A stretch of DNA of 62,976 nt, counting the filler, from Craspedostauros australis (taxonomy: Eukaryota): NCBI GenBank assembly GCA_030167865.1. It is 14 parts of 14 records of this genome, joined end to end, with 100 filler letters (N's around TTAATTAATTAA, not from the genome) between each part and the next. Parts side by side here need not be neighbours in the genome. Positions count along the whole stretch, not along the records: positions 57,017 to 62,976 come from JALAGF010004975.1; 13 more parts are not named here. The stretch is one strand, 5' to 3'. Positions 61,116-62,976 of this stretch are shown piece by piece. A program made the translations under genes and the position numbers. The notes below the pieces were generated by a model. It saw only the letters and a program-made list of their open reading frames with translations, was not told the origin of the DNA and did not search any database. Position 1 is the first letter of the stretch. Each line of letters opens with the position of its first letter.

Positions 61116-62976
61116 AGTCCGTGTTGGTTTGTTGTTGTTGTTGCTGATGCTTTCGAAGATGATCCAGGTTGGAATTGTGAGCCTTTGGTTTGGATGTGAT
61201 GGAATGAGACGACACAGAACAGAACAGCACGCTCATTCTGTATTCGTCGCGAATGGACGCTGGGGCGAGGCTCGGTAGCAACCGTCTGTGCCAAAGAGCT
61301 GTTCCGGATTTTGTTTCGGCTTGTTTCTCCTCGTCGTTTTCTTCGACATCGACCCATGACGTCCATCCTCGCCCTCCCTTCGCAGCTGGTGTTAACGCAT
61401 CAAGCAGAGGGCTTCATCGGCCCCTGCCAACATTCGGATACCAAGGAAAGCAGACAACTGCTGCTCATCCCGACCATAAATCTCAATGGCGTGTCATCTG
61501 CATGTTTGTGGCACCGGGAAACGTTTTCCCTCAACATGCGACCTTGCACATGTGTGAAAGCAGGAAAAGAGTATGCCAAAGTGCGACCGTTGCATGTTGG
61601 CGAAAGCAGGAAGAACATGCATCAAAGGCACAAATCTGAGAAGGATGAGATCTTGGGAGCACGAAGCGATGCAACTTGACTTTGGTCCAGACAACGAACC
61701 GCCTGCAGAGTGCTCGTGTGTACCGTCTCCACATAGCCAGCCGGTCGACTTTGACTTCAACTTGGCTAACATCCTGACTCCGGACGGAAGAGGCCCACAT
61801 CCGATCCCAGCAAAGTGAAATGAAGATTCTTCAGGTCGATCTTAATGGCATGGTCACGGTCGAGTGACGCTGGTCCAATAAATCTGACTGCCTGTGACGG
61901 CAAACAGGATCTCGTTGGTCTGCTTCATGCTTCATGGTTGGCACTTCTGCGTCCCACACTTCATGCATCCTTCAATGCAACATTCTGTGCAATCTTCCTG
62001 TGCCCCACACGCATGTTGATCCGAATTGCGTATCATCTTCAGCACATCATCGGCACGTCCGAAACCGAAGACTTTCATCACCGTCAGAGTTGCCTTTTTG
62101 TTCCTTTGTCGAGAGAGCAAGAGAGAGTTGATGTGTTGGTTGTGTGTGGTTGTGCTCCTGTTGTTGTTTCAGTGGAAAACGATGGAGCCGTTTCGTTCGG
62201 GAACACCAGCGTCTGGGGGAAACGGACACGGGGCTCGTTTAACTCGTATTGATCGATTCGGCGGCCCTACCTTCGATGTCGCTACACAACTGATCTGAAT
62301 CAGAGAGAGATAGAGCAGCTGTTCTCGTTACCATTATGCGATACATGTATGTATGGTATTATGCATTAGAGTAGTCCACATTCACAAGTACAGGCCCCAG
62401 CTTCAGCGCGTAGCTTGCATTCTCCTGCACTCTCTTGGCATTATTCAGTACAAATACGCAATGGGACATCTGTCGAGTACGATGTCGATAGGATTCTTCC
62501 CAGGAGCCAAAGGAAACCCAGTCTTGGGCAAAACAAGATCAGCAGAAGCACCAACAGCACCAATGCAGCCACCAGAATATAATGCTACTACTCCATGTCA
62601 TTCAACATTGCTGAGTGGGGTAGGTGGAAATCCAACTCAAGCTACAATACAATCTGAGTCGGGTATGTATGGCATCGCAGAACAGTGATCCCAACACTCT
62701 CAGATACAAGAGGGAGAACATACAATACTTGTCTGATACTCGCTGGAAGATCTTCGAAGGGTTGCTGGTTGCAAAAGACTGCTTCCATGTGGTGCCATCG
62801 TGGTGGTGGTCCGTTGCGGTATCTATTCAGCAAGTATTGTGGAGACTGGTAAATTGATACTTGCTCGCTGAAAGACGTTGTCGTGCCTACTACACAACAG
62901 GCGTGATAGGCCGGGGAGACCTTGCCACACGCACGCACAAGTGCAATGAAAGCCCTACTTCTCTACGATAGTGCTA

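Noticed and set aside
1..62976. A functional gene cluster spanning the window
   Set aside because: Fourteen unlinked contigs; only within-contig neighbourhoods are interpretable

Overview
Eukaryotic DNA, almost certainly from a diatom (silicon transporter, diatom-type copia elements, GT-AG introns). The window is 14 short contigs joined by artificial 100-nt N-TTAATTAATTAA-N linkers, so adjacency across a linker means nothing. The contigs are rich in repeats and pseudogenes. Mobile elements: copia LTR retrotransposon pieces from at least 3 LTR families (one solo LTR with a 6-bp TSD) and DDE_Tnp_4-type transposases. Host genes: two paralogous ankyrin/coiled-coil/BTB genes, a third ankyrin gene, Cys-rich cell-surface proteins, a fasciclin, two glycosyltransferase-like genes, an LRR membrane protein, an alpha/beta hydrolase and several decayed genes. 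Main observations: (1) a complete 357-bp miniature LTR element (TRIM) with tRNA-type B-boxes, sitting in the promoter of a silicon-transporter copy that carries a single in-frame TGA; (2) two different copia families with a 12-bp palindrome where the tRNA primer-binding site should be; (3) ANK-BTB paralogues whose near-identical repeats vary mainly at binding-surface positions; (4) a contig with identical 702-bp ends that splits one gene. All calls were made by eye; no searches were run.
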